Source: an uncultured Ruficoccus sp.
Lineage (GTDB): Bacteria > Verrucomicrobiota > Verrucomicrobiia > Opitutales > Cerasicoccaceae
NCBI GenBank assembly: GCA_965140785.1
Contig: OZ223510.1
Span: 1-64,000 of the forward strand
DNA length: 64,000 nt
Direction: 5' to 3'
Under the pieces are notes generated by a model that was not told where the DNA came from, did not search any database, and saw nothing but the letters and a program-made list of their open reading frames with translations. The number at the start of each line of letters is the position of its first letter. Position 1 is the first letter of the stretch. The position numbers and the translations under genes were made by a program. Positions 32,730-42,506 of this stretch are shown piece by piece.

Positions 32730-32963
32730 TGTCCAACGGTCTTGGTCTGAAGGCGTGCCGCGCCCGTGTAGCCCTCGCGGGTAGCGATCGGCCATGAGCG
32801 CATCGGCACGAAGGCGTATCGCTGGGCTGGAAATGATCGCCCCGGCGCGCACTTGTTGTGGCAGTTCACGCTGGCCGGGTTTCAGGATCAGGCCTACTTC
32901 AGCCGCTTTTTCAAAAAACAGACCGGATTTTCCCCCTCCGAATGGCGACGCCAGTTCGGCTGA
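32730..32963 (+). pseudogene. AraC regulator remnant with a large internal deletion
   Basis: Frame 32781-32963 reads VAIGHERIGTKAYRWAGNDRPGAHLLWQFTLAG|FQDQAYFSRFFKKQTGFSPSEWRRQFG*, i.e. the cupin start joined directly to the last HTH helix. Upstream boundary approximate. Confidence 0.7.
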
Positions 32964-33014
32964 GAAGCGGATACTTTACGGAGCGGTTTGCTTCCGGGCA
33001 TCGACAGATCGGCT

Positions 33015-33848
33015 CTAGGGCTGGGCTTCGATGACCTCCAGATAAACCTCGGCGTAGCGGCGGCCGAATTCGCGCTGGGATTCGGCGTTGAAGTGCACGT
33101 GGTCGGGGTTGTCGGTCAGCCCGTCGCTGGAGACGAAGCCGACGAAGTCCATTTCCTCCGCCACTTCGCGCTGGGACTGGTCAACCGCTTGACGGCCCTT
33201 GGACCAGGGGCGTTCGGGAAATTGCCCGAGCTGGCCGATAATAATGGGCAGATCTGGGTCATTGAATTCGGCCCGGAAGCGTTTGATCAGCTCCTTCAGC
33301 TTTGCCTTGTATCCACTGCCGAGGCGAACATCGGACTCACCCTGGTGCCAGAGAACGCCTTTCAGTGTGCCGTCCTGCATGGCCCGGTGGGTGCGGGCGA
33401 GCGCGTCGTCATAGGGATGGCTCCTCGTCTGGTTATGGTACCCACCGGGTACCCAGGTGGTGATGGACGATCCTCCGCAGGCGGCCGGGATCAGGCCAAT
33501 GACCACCTCGTCGTCCTCCTCTTCAGCCAGTGCAAGGGCGAATGTTCGTCCCGGTCCGACACCGGCTGCGCTCTTGTCGTAGTGGACCGGGTCCACGGCG
33601 GGCACCCACGTGCCGTCCTTGCTCAGCATGAGGACGCGGGGGGAGGGGACCTTGTCCTGGGGATCTACCTTACCACGTCCGGCCATGTTCGACTGCCCAG
33701 CCAGCAGATAGAGGTGAAAATTCTCCTTGGACGGGAGCTCGATGTCGCTCTCCTGAGCCAGGCTGAACGCCGTGCCGATGAGGACGAGGCAAAGGCTCAG
33801 CAGGCTGGTTTTAAGGGCGGCATGGCGGGGGCAGGAAATCTTGAACAT
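33015..33848 (-). CDS. Secreted SASA-domain / CE6-like carbohydrate acetyl-esterase
   Basis: Signal peptide, LAGQSNMAGRG, ACGGSSI, LWHQGESD, DHVHF. Confidence 0.9.
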   Translation of the reverse strand: MFKISCPRHAALKTSLLSLCLVLIGTAFSLAQESDIELPSKENFHLYLLAGQSNMAGRGKVDPQDKVPSPRVLMLSKDGTWVPAVDPVHYDKSAAGVGPGRTFALALAEEEDDEVVIGLIPAACGGSSITTWVPGGYHNQTRSHPYDDALARTHRAMQDGTLKGVLWHQGESDVRLGSGYKAKLKELIKRFRAEFNDPDLPIIIGQLGQFPERPWSKGRQAVDQSQREVAEEMDFVGFVSSDGLTDNPDHVHFNAESQREFGRRYAEVYLEVIEAQP

Positions 33849-34080
33849 GGCTTTGCTACGTATGGTTCTATTGGAGGATAAAGGCTGAGTTTTTCCGATT
33901 CCAGACCACTGGGCAAAGAGAATTTCATTCATATATAGGAAAAATGCGGGCAAGTCTGCAAGCGGGCTAAGCAGGGGACTCCCTCGAAATTGCGATGCGG
34001 TTAGCGTCAGACGCGGAACATTTAACCGAGAGCTGCCTGTGAAAATGGTACGCTTGTTCGATGACTCACGTCCTGCCTGC

Positions 34081-35187
34081 TCAGAAACCGGTCGGCGGGA
34101 TTGCATCCGGCTGCTTGCAGGGGGTGCTCAGTTCGATCTTGCATCCGGTCTGTTCGGACTGGTCAAAGGCGAGCATCGCTTCGAGAATATGACAGGCCAG
34201 TTCGCCACTGGCGCGGTGGGGGCGGTTTTCCCGGATGGCGAGCACCAGGTCGGCCAGTCCCAGGCCGCGCCCGGCGGCGTAGTCATGAGTGGCTGGAAGC
34301 TCCTGATATTCTTTCTCTCCGGCCCGGCGCAGGTACACCGTGCCGTTGAATTCGTTGGGGTCGGTGCATTTGAGCGTGCCCTCGGTGCCGATGATTTCCG
34401 GCATCTTATCAAAGTCGCTGCCGCCGGGCATGTCGAAGCTCATCAGCGTGAGCGCATGGACGCCGCTCTGGGTTTCAACGACGCCGGAGTAGTGGGTTGG
34501 CACCTCCACTGCGACCCGGGTGCCGTTGAGCGGCTCGCTGGTGATGAGCCGTTCGGCGAAGGCTTGCCGTGAGCGACCGACGACTGAGCGCAACGGTCCG
34601 ACCAACTGCACCAGCGCACTCAGGTAGTAGGGGCCGAAGTCGAGCATCGGGCCGCCGCCGACCTTGTAGTAAAAGGCGGGATTCGGGTGCCAGGACTCAT
34701 GGCCACCGCTGCCCCACATGAGGCGTGCTGCCACAGGCGTGCCGATCAGGCCCTGCTCGATCGCGGCGCGCGCGGTCTGCGTGCCGGGGCCCAGCACCGT
34801 GTCCGGAGCGCAGCCGACGCGCAGGTTGCGCTCTTGGGCCAGTTGCAGCACCTTCCGGCCATCGTCCAGATTGAGGGCGAAGGGTTTTTCGCAGTAAACA
34901 TGCTTGCCGCTTTCCAGGGCGCGGAGGTTGATCTCGGCATGGGCGGCGGGATGGGTGAGGTTGAGGATCACGTCGATATCGGAGGCGGCCAGCAGTTCCT
35001 CCGCAGAAAACACCGCGGGGATATCGAAGTCCTGCGCCAGCTTTTGGGCCAACTCAGCTCGCAGGTCCGCGCAGGCGGTTATGCGGAACTCTTTACGCGT
35101 GGCGGCAAAGGGGAGATAGGCCTTGCGGGCGATGTCGCCGCAGCCGATCAGGCCGACGCGCAAGGGAGTATGGGTGGGAGTCGTCAT
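34081..35187 (-). CDS. Gfo/Idh/MocA-family oxidoreductase
   Basis: VGLIGCGDIA, KHVYCEKP, GCAPDTVLG, GGGPMLDFGPYY. Confidence 0.92.
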   Translation of the reverse strand: MTTPTHTPLRVGLIGCGDIARKAYLPFAATRKEFRITACADLRAELAQKLAQDFDIPAVFSAEELLAASDIDVILNLTHPAAHAEINLRALESGKHVYCEKPFALNLDDGRKVLQLAQERNLRVGCAPDTVLGPGTQTARAAIEQGLIGTPVAARLMWGSGGHESWHPNPAFYYKVGGGPMLDFGPYYLSALVQLVGPLRSVVGRSRQAFAERLITSEPLNGTRVAVEVPTHYSGVVETQSGVHALTLMSFDMPGGSDFDKMPEIIGTEGTLKCTDPNEFNGTVYLRRAGEKEYQELPATHDYAAGRGLGLADLVLAIRENRPHRASGELACHILEAMLAFDQSEQTGCKIELSTPCKQPDAIPPTGF

Positions 35188-35217
35188 TGGGAATGAAGGA
35201 GAGGAGGTGGAAGGGGT

Positions 35218-35868
35218 TTAGCGGCTGGCCCAGAGCAGCCCGCGCACGGTCATGGCCCAGACTTGCGGATAGGTTTCGAATTCGGCGGTCTTGTGGCCGA
35301 GTGCGGAGCAGAAGACCCGCCCGGAGCCCCAGGGTTTCGTCCAGACGACGGGCATGTTGACGGTGCGGCCTTCGTGTTCATAGACCGTTGTGGCCAGCAT
35401 GTGGATGGCGGGGTCGAACTGGAGGTAATACTGTTCGGAGTCGTACGCGAAGGACGCCGGCAGATCGCTCATGGCGGGGTGGGTCCCGTCTGTCACATAA
35501 ACGTGGTAGGGGCCGACGTAGGGGTGAGCGACGAAGTGAGCGCCGACCATCCACTCGTAGTCGATGCTGCCGCGAAAGGCGTCTGCCATACCGCCGTGGA
35601 AACCGCCCAGACCCGAGCCTTCGCGGACGGCCTGGCAGAGGTTTTTCTGACGTTCGTCACTGAGACTGCCCATTGTCCAGATCGGGATGATGAGGTCACA
35701 GGCTTGCAGCAACGGCAGATCGTCGAGGCAGTCCAGGCTTGCTTGGAGATTAACGTCATAGCCTGCCGTGTTGAGGGCCTGGGCCGTCAGTTGAGCCATT
35801 TTCTCCGGCTCATGTCCGTCCCATCCTCCGTAGATGATGAGGGCTTTCTTGTCGTTGGAAGTTTTCAT
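35218..35868 (-). CDS. ThuA-domain protein
   Basis: KALIIYGGWDGHEP, GLGGFHGG, EQYY, WGSGRVFCSALGH. Confidence 0.85.
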   Translation of the reverse strand: MKTSNDKKALIIYGGWDGHEPEKMAQLTAQALNTAGYDVNLQASLDCLDDLPLLQACDLIIPIWTMGSLSDERQKNLCQAVREGSGLGGFHGGMADAFRGSIDYEWMVGAHFVAHPYVGPYHVYVTDGTHPAMSDLPASFAYDSEQYYLQFDPAIHMLATTVYEHEGRTVNMPVVWTKPWGSGRVFCSALGHKTAEFETYPQVWAMTVRGLLWASR

Positions 35869-35934
35869 AGATAGATTATTTGCCTAAATTAACACCGTTG
35901 TGGTTCTTGTTAAATAGCTATTTTATTCAAAAAT

Positions 35935-36810
35935 ATGGATAATTTATTCATGCATGCGGGACAAACGCCTCGCTTGTTGCGGGGCGCTCCGCCGGTGCAG
36001 CATGCCGGTTATCTGCCCCGGAAAACTGATGTCATCGATTTGGAGTTCGACAGTTTCAACTTGTCCTTTCTCTTGTCCGGGAGCGGGTTTTTCGCGGTGG
36101 ATGGTAAACGTGTGACAGTGACCGCGCCCTGCGTGCTTACGCAGTGGGAGGGGCCGCATTTCCACTACGGACAGGATGATCGCGGGGGCGGGTGGGAAGA
36201 GCTGTTCTTCATTTACCCGAGCGAAAGTCGTGCGGACTTCGAACGCCGGGGGCTGTGGAGGCCGGAGCGGCCCTGGTGGCCGATCGCCCGCGAGGTAGTC
36301 ACACGGCGCCTCGCGGACGAGGTATTGGAACTGATGCGGGCCTCACGTCCGGTGGAGGTCATCGACCTGATCGACCGGCTGGCCGAGGCCATGGTGGTGG
36401 CCAGCCTGGGGGCGCGCCTGCATATCCGGGAAGCGCAGGACGAGCGGGCTCTCCATATCGGGCGCCTGCGGGAACGTCTGGCCCAGTCTCCCTGTGAACC
36501 TGTTGACTGGACAGCCCGAGCCGCTGCCTGCGGCTGCAGCCTCTCGACGTTTCGCCGTCTGTGGATGGATCAGGTCGGCATTCCGCCCGCTCGCTATGTC
36601 ATGCAATTACGGATACAGGAAGCGGCCCGCCTGCTGCTGGAGACCAACGTGCCCGTGGCGGAAGTGGCGGCGGCCATCGGGGTGGAGGACCCGTTGTATT
36701 TTTCCCGGCTGTTTCGGCAGCAGACCGGGGAGGCTCCGTCCATTTACCGTCAGCGCAAGCGCATGCTGTTGGCCGGGATGTCCTCGTCTTTCCGGGATGA
36801 GACCAGCTAG
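35935..36810 (+). CDS. AraC-family regulator
   Basis: C-terminal STFRRLW...RIQEAARLL...GVEDPLYFSRLFRQQTGEAPSIYR; divergent from the ThuA gene. Confidence 0.9.
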   Translation: MDNLFMHAGQTPRLLRGAPPVQHAGYLPRKTDVIDLEFDSFNLSFLLSGSGFFAVDGKRVTVTAPCVLTQWEGPHFHYGQDDRGGGWEELFFIYPSESRADFERRGLWRPERPWWPIAREVVTRRLADEVLELMRASRPVEVIDLIDRLAEAMVVASLGARLHIREAQDERALHIGRLRERLAQSPCEPVDWTARAAACGCSLSTFRRLWMDQVGIPPARYVMQLRIQEAARLLLETNVPVAEVAAAIGVEDPLYFSRLFRQQTGEAPSIYRQRKRMLLAGMSSSFRDETS

Positions 36811-36843
36811 AGGTCCCATGTAGAAAGGGGTGGGCGCTTAAGC

Positions 36844-36855
36844 TTATGTGTATAA
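36844..36855. promoter_or_regulatory. Locus-2 operator candidate TTATGTGTATAA
   Basis: Matches the TTAT-N4-ATAA consensus seen at 41227, 41251, 43697, 52185 and 52256. Confidence 0.55.
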
Positions 36856-36898
36856 ATAACTCCGGGCTATCTGTGGAGTCAGGCAGAGAGTAGTTTGC

Positions 36899-38089
36899 AT
36901 GATAACACTCATGCCGTTTACATTTCCAAATGCTCATACCCTCGGTGTGGAGGTCCAGGCTGTGACCCAGGGCCCCCGGCACCATTTTTTCGGGTACTAC
37001 GATAAATCCTGCTGGGATGCCTCCGGGCGCTGGATCCTGGGATTGGAGTCCGCCTTTATGGATCGTCCTCCTCGCGCCGGTGACAAGGCCGTGATTGGGC
37101 TCATCGATGTCCGGAACGATTTCGACTGGCGTCCGCTGGCCGAGACGGGGGCGTGGAACTGGCAGCAGGGATGCATGCTCCAATGGCTGGGAGACCGGCC
37201 GGAGATCATCTTTAACGACTTGGGCGAGGACGGTTTCTTTGCCCGCATTCTCAATCTCGAGACGGGCGAGGAGCGCCGCGTGTCGAGGCCGGTTTACGCG
37301 GTCAACCGCACCGGCACCCATGCCATCTCCCTGAACTTCTCCCGGCTGCACCACCAGCGGCCCGGCTATGGCTACGACGGAGTGCCGGATGCCTGGGAGC
37401 AGGTGGACGAACCGGCTGACGACGGCCTGTACGCGGTGGATTTGCAGACCGGCGAATCTCAGCTGATCCTGAGCATCGCCGAGGCCGCGAGCTTCCAGCG
37501 CCGGGCCGAGTTCGATGACAAGACCCACCGTTTCAATCACGCTCAGTTCAGTGCTGATCCAAATCGCTTTGCTTTCCTGCATCGCTATAAAAGCCCCGAA
37601 GACGAAGTGGGAAGTACCCGCCTGATGACGCTTAATCTGGATGGCAGCGACCTGCGCTGCCTCTCCGATCAGGGGATGGTCTCGCACTACGACTGGCTTG
37701 GCTCGTCTGCCGTGCTGGCCTGGGCGCATCGCCGGGATATTGGAAACCGCTATTTCCTCTTCCAGGATCGCAGCAGCGAGATCGAAGTGGTCGGGGAGGG
37801 CGTCTTTCACTGTGACGGGCATTGCTCCTTTTCCCCGGATAATGAGTGGATGCTGACGGATACCTATCCGGATGAGACGCACCACCGCAGCCTCCTGCTT
37901 TACCATCTGCGTACCGGCACCGTGCACCTGCTGGGGCGCTTTCTGTCTCCGCCGATGGAGTGGCAAATCCGGTGCGACCTGCATCCACGCTGGAACCGGG
38001 ACGGGACACAAGTGTGTATCGACTCGATCCACGAAGGGCACCGCCAAATGTACGTGCTGGACGTCAGTTCGCTGACTACTGGAGCGTGA
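36899..38089 (+). CDS. Beta-propeller protein (TolB/oligogalacturonate-lyase-like), function unknown
   Basis: HHFFGYYDK, AWNWQQGCMLQW, DGHCSFSPD, RCDLHPRW, CIDSIHEGHRQMY; no signal peptide. Confidence 0.65.
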   Translation: MITLMPFTFPNAHTLGVEVQAVTQGPRHHFFGYYDKSCWDASGRWILGLESAFMDRPPRAGDKAVIGLIDVRNDFDWRPLAETGAWNWQQGCMLQWLGDRPEIIFNDLGEDGFFARILNLETGEERRVSRPVYAVNRTGTHAISLNFSRLHHQRPGYGYDGVPDAWEQVDEPADDGLYAVDLQTGESQLILSIAEAASFQRRAEFDDKTHRFNHAQFSADPNRFAFLHRYKSPEDEVGSTRLMTLNLDGSDLRCLSDQGMVSHYDWLGSSAVLAWAHRRDIGNRYFLFQDRSSEIEVVGEGVFHCDGHCSFSPDNEWMLTDTYPDETHHRSLLLYHLRTGTVHLLGRFLSPPMEWQIRCDLHPRWNRDGTQVCIDSIHEGHRQMYVLDVSSLTTGA

Positions 38090-38103
38090 GTACGTTAACG
38101 GGG

Positions 38104-39174
38104 TTAACGTGACTTTTTAACGCGCTTGAGCGGCTTTTTATCTTTCGCGTCCATTTGGCGCAGGGTGGTGCCGTCCACCCATGTGCCGTCCACCAGTTGC
38201 GAGAGCGGGACGGCGGGCACTCCGCATTCGCGACGGTGGATCAAGTCCACCAGAAACTCCAACGCCCGCGCCCCGATCAGTTCCGGGTTTTCCCAGATGC
38301 CCGAAAAGACCTTGCCTTCATCCGGCACGGAGAGCAGGGCGAGGCCGGTCGTTTCGGGAATGCTTTCGCCGGCTTCGATCAGCCACTCACGCACCTCGGG
38401 CCAGATAGCGATGACGACATCGGGCCGGTGCTGCTTAAACCAGCGGGTAAAAACTGCCTGGGTCAATGGTTGCGGCAGCAGTGGGGTGACCCGGCCCCCG
38501 GGCGGCAGCCTCCGCTGGGAACTCAAGTAGGCGGCAGACCAGTTATAGTCGGCGCGCCGGTCGCTTTCGTCGGACAGGGCGAGTCCCGGGCGCTTATAGC
38601 CCAGCCGCCGCAGGTTTGTCATCAGCTTCGTCATGGAGCGGAACTGGTGCAGCGTGGCCAGGTGGAGAGCGGGCTTGAGCAGGGTGTAGCCAAAGGTGAC
38701 GGCGGAGAATTTCGTGAAGTCAAACTCGATGCTCATGTCCGGCCCCGGCTGGGGAGCCAGCAATATGCCCGGGATGTTACGGGCCTGGAGCATCCCGGCC
38801 AATCGGCGGGGCGTCATGTTTTTACCCCGCAGGTAGTGCTCCTCCAGGCGATAGCCCAGCTCATTAGCCCGCTTGATTGCGCCGCTAAGGTACAGGCGGA
38901 AGGTGGTGGAGTTCTTCCAGCGCGAGTCCTCGCCCTCGTTGACGAGCCAGGCCAGCGTCGCCTGGTACTGGACGGGGAGTATCTGCTTGCGGTAGGCGGA
39001 GAGGGCTGAAAGGAACGGGTCGGGGCGGTAGCCTAGGCGCTCGGCGGCCTCGTGGACTTTTTGCTGAGTTTCTGCGGAGATCTTGGGGTGCTTGGCCAGG
39101 GCCATCGACACGGCGGCCTGGGTCAGGCCGGTGGCTTCTGCGATGTTTTTCTGGGTGGGGCGCTGGGAAGCCAT
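38104..39174 (-). CDS. LacI-family regulator (locus 2)
   Basis: TQKNIAEATGLTQAAVSMAL HTH, LGYRPDPFLSALSAYR, LRRLGYKRPGL, VDGTWVDGTTL. Confidence 0.9.
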   Translation of the reverse strand: MASQRPTQKNIAEATGLTQAAVSMALAKHPKISAETQQKVHEAAERLGYRPDPFLSALSAYRKQILPVQYQATLAWLVNEGEDSRWKNSTTFRLYLSGAIKRANELGYRLEEHYLRGKNMTPRRLAGMLQARNIPGILLAPQPGPDMSIEFDFTKFSAVTFGYTLLKPALHLATLHQFRSMTKLMTNLRRLGYKRPGLALSDESDRRADYNWSAAYLSSQRRLPPGGRVTPLLPQPLTQAVFTRWFKQHRPDVVIAIWPEVREWLIEAGESIPETTGLALLSVPDEGKVFSGIWENPELIGARALEFLVDLIHRRECGVPAVPLSQLVDGTWVDGTTLRQMDAKDKKPLKRVKKSR

Positions 39175-39298
39175 GGTCGTGGGCGGTTGTCGAGGCCGGA
39201 ACGGGCCGTTAACGCAAGCGGTGCGTCACCAATATGAGAGGCGGACCGGCAGGGGGACAAGCTTTTCTCCGCTCAAGCGCCAGTCGGTATCGAGCAGG

Positions 39299-41179
39299 CT
39301 AACGTTGGACGGAGACGCTGAGGGGAGCGTCTTCCAACGAAACCTCGCGCACGTCCACCACTCTTTCCCCAATCAGCGTTGTGATCCGGTAATCGCCCTT
39401 AAAGCCGCGGGCGCTCCAGGTGCCGTCACTGTCGGTTTGGCCGGAGGTCTGCGTCCACCATTCCCCGCGCACGAGGTCGAGGTAGGCGCGTCCGGCGGGG
39501 CGGATTTGCCAGTCGAGGCTCCAGAGCGCGGCAGTGGCGTTCCAGTGTCGCCCGGCCCAGAAGCCCCATAGCTGGATGCCGGTGGCGGAGGGATGGCTGA
39601 AGACGGCGGTATAAAAGTCCCGTAGGTACTGGGCCTGGAACTGGTCGTCGGGCGAATCAATGTCAAATTCGGTGACCTTGATGTCCTTGCCGAGTACAGC
39701 CAGTCGGTCGAGCGTTTCCAGAATCTGTAAGGGTGGGGTGACGGCCCAGCCGCTGTAGTGGCACTGGATGCCGAGGCCGTCCAGCGGCGCACCTTCGTCG
39801 ATAAGGAAGTTTGCCATGCGCTCGAGTTCGTCCACACGCTCGCCGGGGGTGAAGGTGAGGGCTTCGTTGAGAAAGAGCCGGCCCTGTGGCAGCCAGCGCC
39901 GGGCTTCCTCGAAGACGTCCACCATGAAGGACTCGCCGCCGAGCAGGTCGAGAATCTCGTGGTTGAGACGGGGCTCGTTGATCACGTCCCACTCGTTGAC
40001 GTAAGGGGCGGTGGCGGTCAGCTCGTCCTGGATGTGGTCCATGATGACCTGCCGCAACTGCGCAGGATCGTGCTTGTAGTTTTGCACAAAGGCCGGCGTG
40101 CGGCTGGTGTAGAAGCTCGGCCACAGCAGGACATGGCCACGGATGTTTTTGAACCCGTTGGCCTGTAGCCATTCCAGGCCGTGAAGCGTGCGCGTGCGTA
40201 AATGTGACTCGGCCCAGTTGGGCCATTTCAGGTCATTCTCGGTACCGCAGGCGTCAAAGTTGTTGAGCAGCACGGACTGGTACATGGCCACATCGGAGGG
40301 CTTTTCGGTGTATTTTGTTTGTTGGGAATCACCGGGTAAAATCGCGTAGCCGAGCATCTCACGCACGGAGACGGCAGTGCCGAAGCCGAAGGCGTGGCGC
40401 GTCTGCTCCAGACGGACGGTAGCGCCGGGCACGGGGTTGCCGTCGGCGTCGGTAACCCGGATGTTTACCGCCTGCTTGCGAATGCGCTCGATGCGTTCGC
40501 GGGCTTCCTGGCGCCAGGCCGCATCGGGTTCGATGCCGGCATACGGATCGGGCCGGGAAGCGGGGAGGGCGGACAGCTTTGTCTCGGGGGGGAGTCGCCA
40601 CAGCTCGATGTCCTTGAACTCAAGCACTTGCGGGGCGTAGCCAAGGCGGAGGCTGAGCTTGAGCGTGTCGGGGGCGTAGGCTTTAGAGAAGCGACCCGCA
40701 GTGCTGAATGTCCGCCACTCGGCGGTGGCGGGAAAGCCGCCCCGCACCCAGAGCGTCTTGGTGAAGGGCATCTCCCGCAACTCGACGAGGGGGGAGAGGC
40801 GACCGATGCCATTCTCGGCCTCCGTGCGCAAGCAGCGGACCTTCAGGCGAAGAAAGATGACGTCGCTCCGATCGAAGCCGCTCTTGGGGTGGGCGTTGAG
40901 CTGGATGTCGTAATCATGCTTCGGGCGCGGGCCTTCCGTCGTCACACGCATAATAGCGTCCGGTGAGCCGTCCGCGGGCAACCACTCGATCTGCGCCTTC
41001 GGGGATTCCGTGACGAACATCCCCGGTCCCGGGGGCGGCAGGACCTGCTGGCCGTCTTTGAGGAAGTTCTCCCCGGCGCCACGGGCACAAAGGGCGCCCT
41101 GGCTGAGCAGCATCCCGAGGCCGATAAAGGAAAAAAGGTGCCGGAAGAAGGAGGGGTGTCGCGAGGGGGTAGTCAGCAT
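39299..41179 (-). CDS. Secreted GH10-fold glycoside hydrolase with N-terminal CBM-like module (paralog 1)
   Basis: Signal peptide; TENDLKW, RGHVLLW, WDVINEP (acid/base Glu), GIQCH, KVTEFD (nucleophile Glu), WGFW. Confidence 0.88.
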   Translation of the reverse strand: MLTTPSRHPSFFRHLFSFIGLGMLLSQGALCARGAGENFLKDGQQVLPPPGPGMFVTESPKAQIEWLPADGSPDAIMRVTTEGPRPKHDYDIQLNAHPKSGFDRSDVIFLRLKVRCLRTEAENGIGRLSPLVELREMPFTKTLWVRGGFPATAEWRTFSTAGRFSKAYAPDTLKLSLRLGYAPQVLEFKDIELWRLPPETKLSALPASRPDPYAGIEPDAAWRQEARERIERIRKQAVNIRVTDADGNPVPGATVRLEQTRHAFGFGTAVSVREMLGYAILPGDSQQTKYTEKPSDVAMYQSVLLNNFDACGTENDLKWPNWAESHLRTRTLHGLEWLQANGFKNIRGHVLLWPSFYTSRTPAFVQNYKHDPAQLRQVIMDHIQDELTATAPYVNEWDVINEPRLNHEILDLLGGESFMVDVFEEARRWLPQGRLFLNEALTFTPGERVDELERMANFLIDEGAPLDGLGIQCHYSGWAVTPPLQILETLDRLAVLGKDIKVTEFDIDSPDDQFQAQYLRDFYTAVFSHPSATGIQLWGFWAGRHWNATAALWSLDWQIRPAGRAYLDLVRGEWWTQTSGQTDSDGTWSARGFKGDYRITTLIGERVVDVREVSLEDAPLSVSVQR

Positions 41180-41226
41180 GAGTTGAAGGTTAAGGCTTTC
41201 TTTTATAAAGGACAGAAATGCTCGGA

Positions 41227-41263
41227 TTATACATATAAATCTTCGCTGATTTATGCGCATAAA
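41227..41263. promoter_or_regulatory. Tandem locus-2 operator candidates TTATACATATAA and TTTATGCGCATAAA
   Basis: Two sites 24 bp apart in the divergent GH10/ABC intergenic region; the second is a perfect 14-bp palindrome with central CG. Confidence 0.65.
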
Positions 41264-41497
41264 AAGTTCAGTGGCTGACGCGATCCGGTAATCGCTATGT
41301 GGTGGCGGAACAATCGTTGGTTCTTGTCTCTTTCATGATCACGCTGCGGGCCCGCCCCGGACGTTCGCCTGTCGTTTGAAATCGAGAGGCCCCGGCGGTT
41401 TTCCGAGTTAATTTGCGATGTTTGCTTACCCGTCCGTATATTTCCCGATACCGCGCCTGTCTCCGGATGCGGAAAAGTTTGAGGCGGAGGTTCTGCG

Positions 41498-42233
41498 TTG
41501 AAGCGCCTCTTTGCGACCCTGCTCTCGGTGCTTTTGATCTGGGCAGCCTTGGTTTATGTGCTGCAACCCGGCCATCATAGCTCGGCGCCGGTGCTGTATT
41601 GGACGACTGACAACAACCCGGTACGCGCGATCCAGATCGAGCAGTTTCAGGAATGGCTTGTGCAGCACGACTATCCGGAAATGGTGTTGCGGCTGGACAC
41701 TTCGAACGCCGACCTGAGCAAGAAACTCATCCAGGGGGTGTCCGGGGTGGCCTCGGACCTGATCGACCTCAACCCGAGTCCATCGATTTCTTAATCCGCA
41801 TGGGCTTGATACGCCCGGTGAGCGAAGAGGCCAGGGAGATGGGCTTTTCCCTGGAGGCAATGTTTCCCCGGATCAAGGACATCATCATGCGTGACGGTGT
41901 GCAGTATGGCTTTCCGGCTAACATCACGGCGGACATGATGGTGGTGAACCGCGATTGCTTCCGCGAAGTGGGCATGGAGACTCCGCCGGAGCGGATGGAC
42001 TTTGCACAGTTCGAACGCATCGGTAAGGAATACTGCCGGCGCGCCAACGAAGGGTTGCCGCGCCCGGTTTATTTTTACTCCACCGTGCCGGAGCGTTTTT
42101 CGACAGCAGCCGGGGGCAGTCCACCCACCTGATGATGGCCGCGGTGACGATGTCGGTTATACCGATGATCATTGTCTTCGTCCTCATGCAGAAGCAGTTT
42201 ATCCGGGGGATTTCTTCCGGGGCGGCCAAGGGC
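41498..42233 (+). pseudogene. Collapsed sugar ABC operon: solute-binding protein N-terminus abutting the last approx. 47 codons of a MalG-type permease
   Basis: SBP N-terminus (LYWTTDNNPVR, GVQYGFPAN, VNRDCFREVG; 1-nt shift at CCC 41773-41775) stops near 42090 and is followed by FFDSSRGQSTHLMMAAVTMSVIPMIIVFVLMQKQFIRGISSGAAKG. Confidence 0.8.
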
Positions 42234-42400
42234 TGGGCAGTGTCTTCAAACCTCCGAAAACTTCGTATTCTAATGCCTTTTTCGCCCAAAACACGTTTCC
42301 TCAGCTCGACAAATCTTGATTTGCCTCGCCTCGAAAGCCGTGTTTTTGGCTGAAAAATTCAAGGCGACTCCTCGTTTCGAGGTTTGAAGACACTGCCTAG
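42233..42400. mobile_element. MITE-like palindromic element, 168 bp
   Basis: CTGGGCAGTGTCTTCAAACCTC...GAGGTTTGAAGACACTGCCTAG (19-bp perfect TIR core, CTAG-type end) with nested internal hairpins. Confidence 0.8.
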
Positions 42401-42506
42401 GGGCACTCTCTCCCGAGCGGCTCATTTGAAGGTTTGCTTTATACATAATGAAAAATAAAAATCAAAAGCGGATGGCGGATCGACGCCCGCCGGAACTCCT
42501 TTCATC

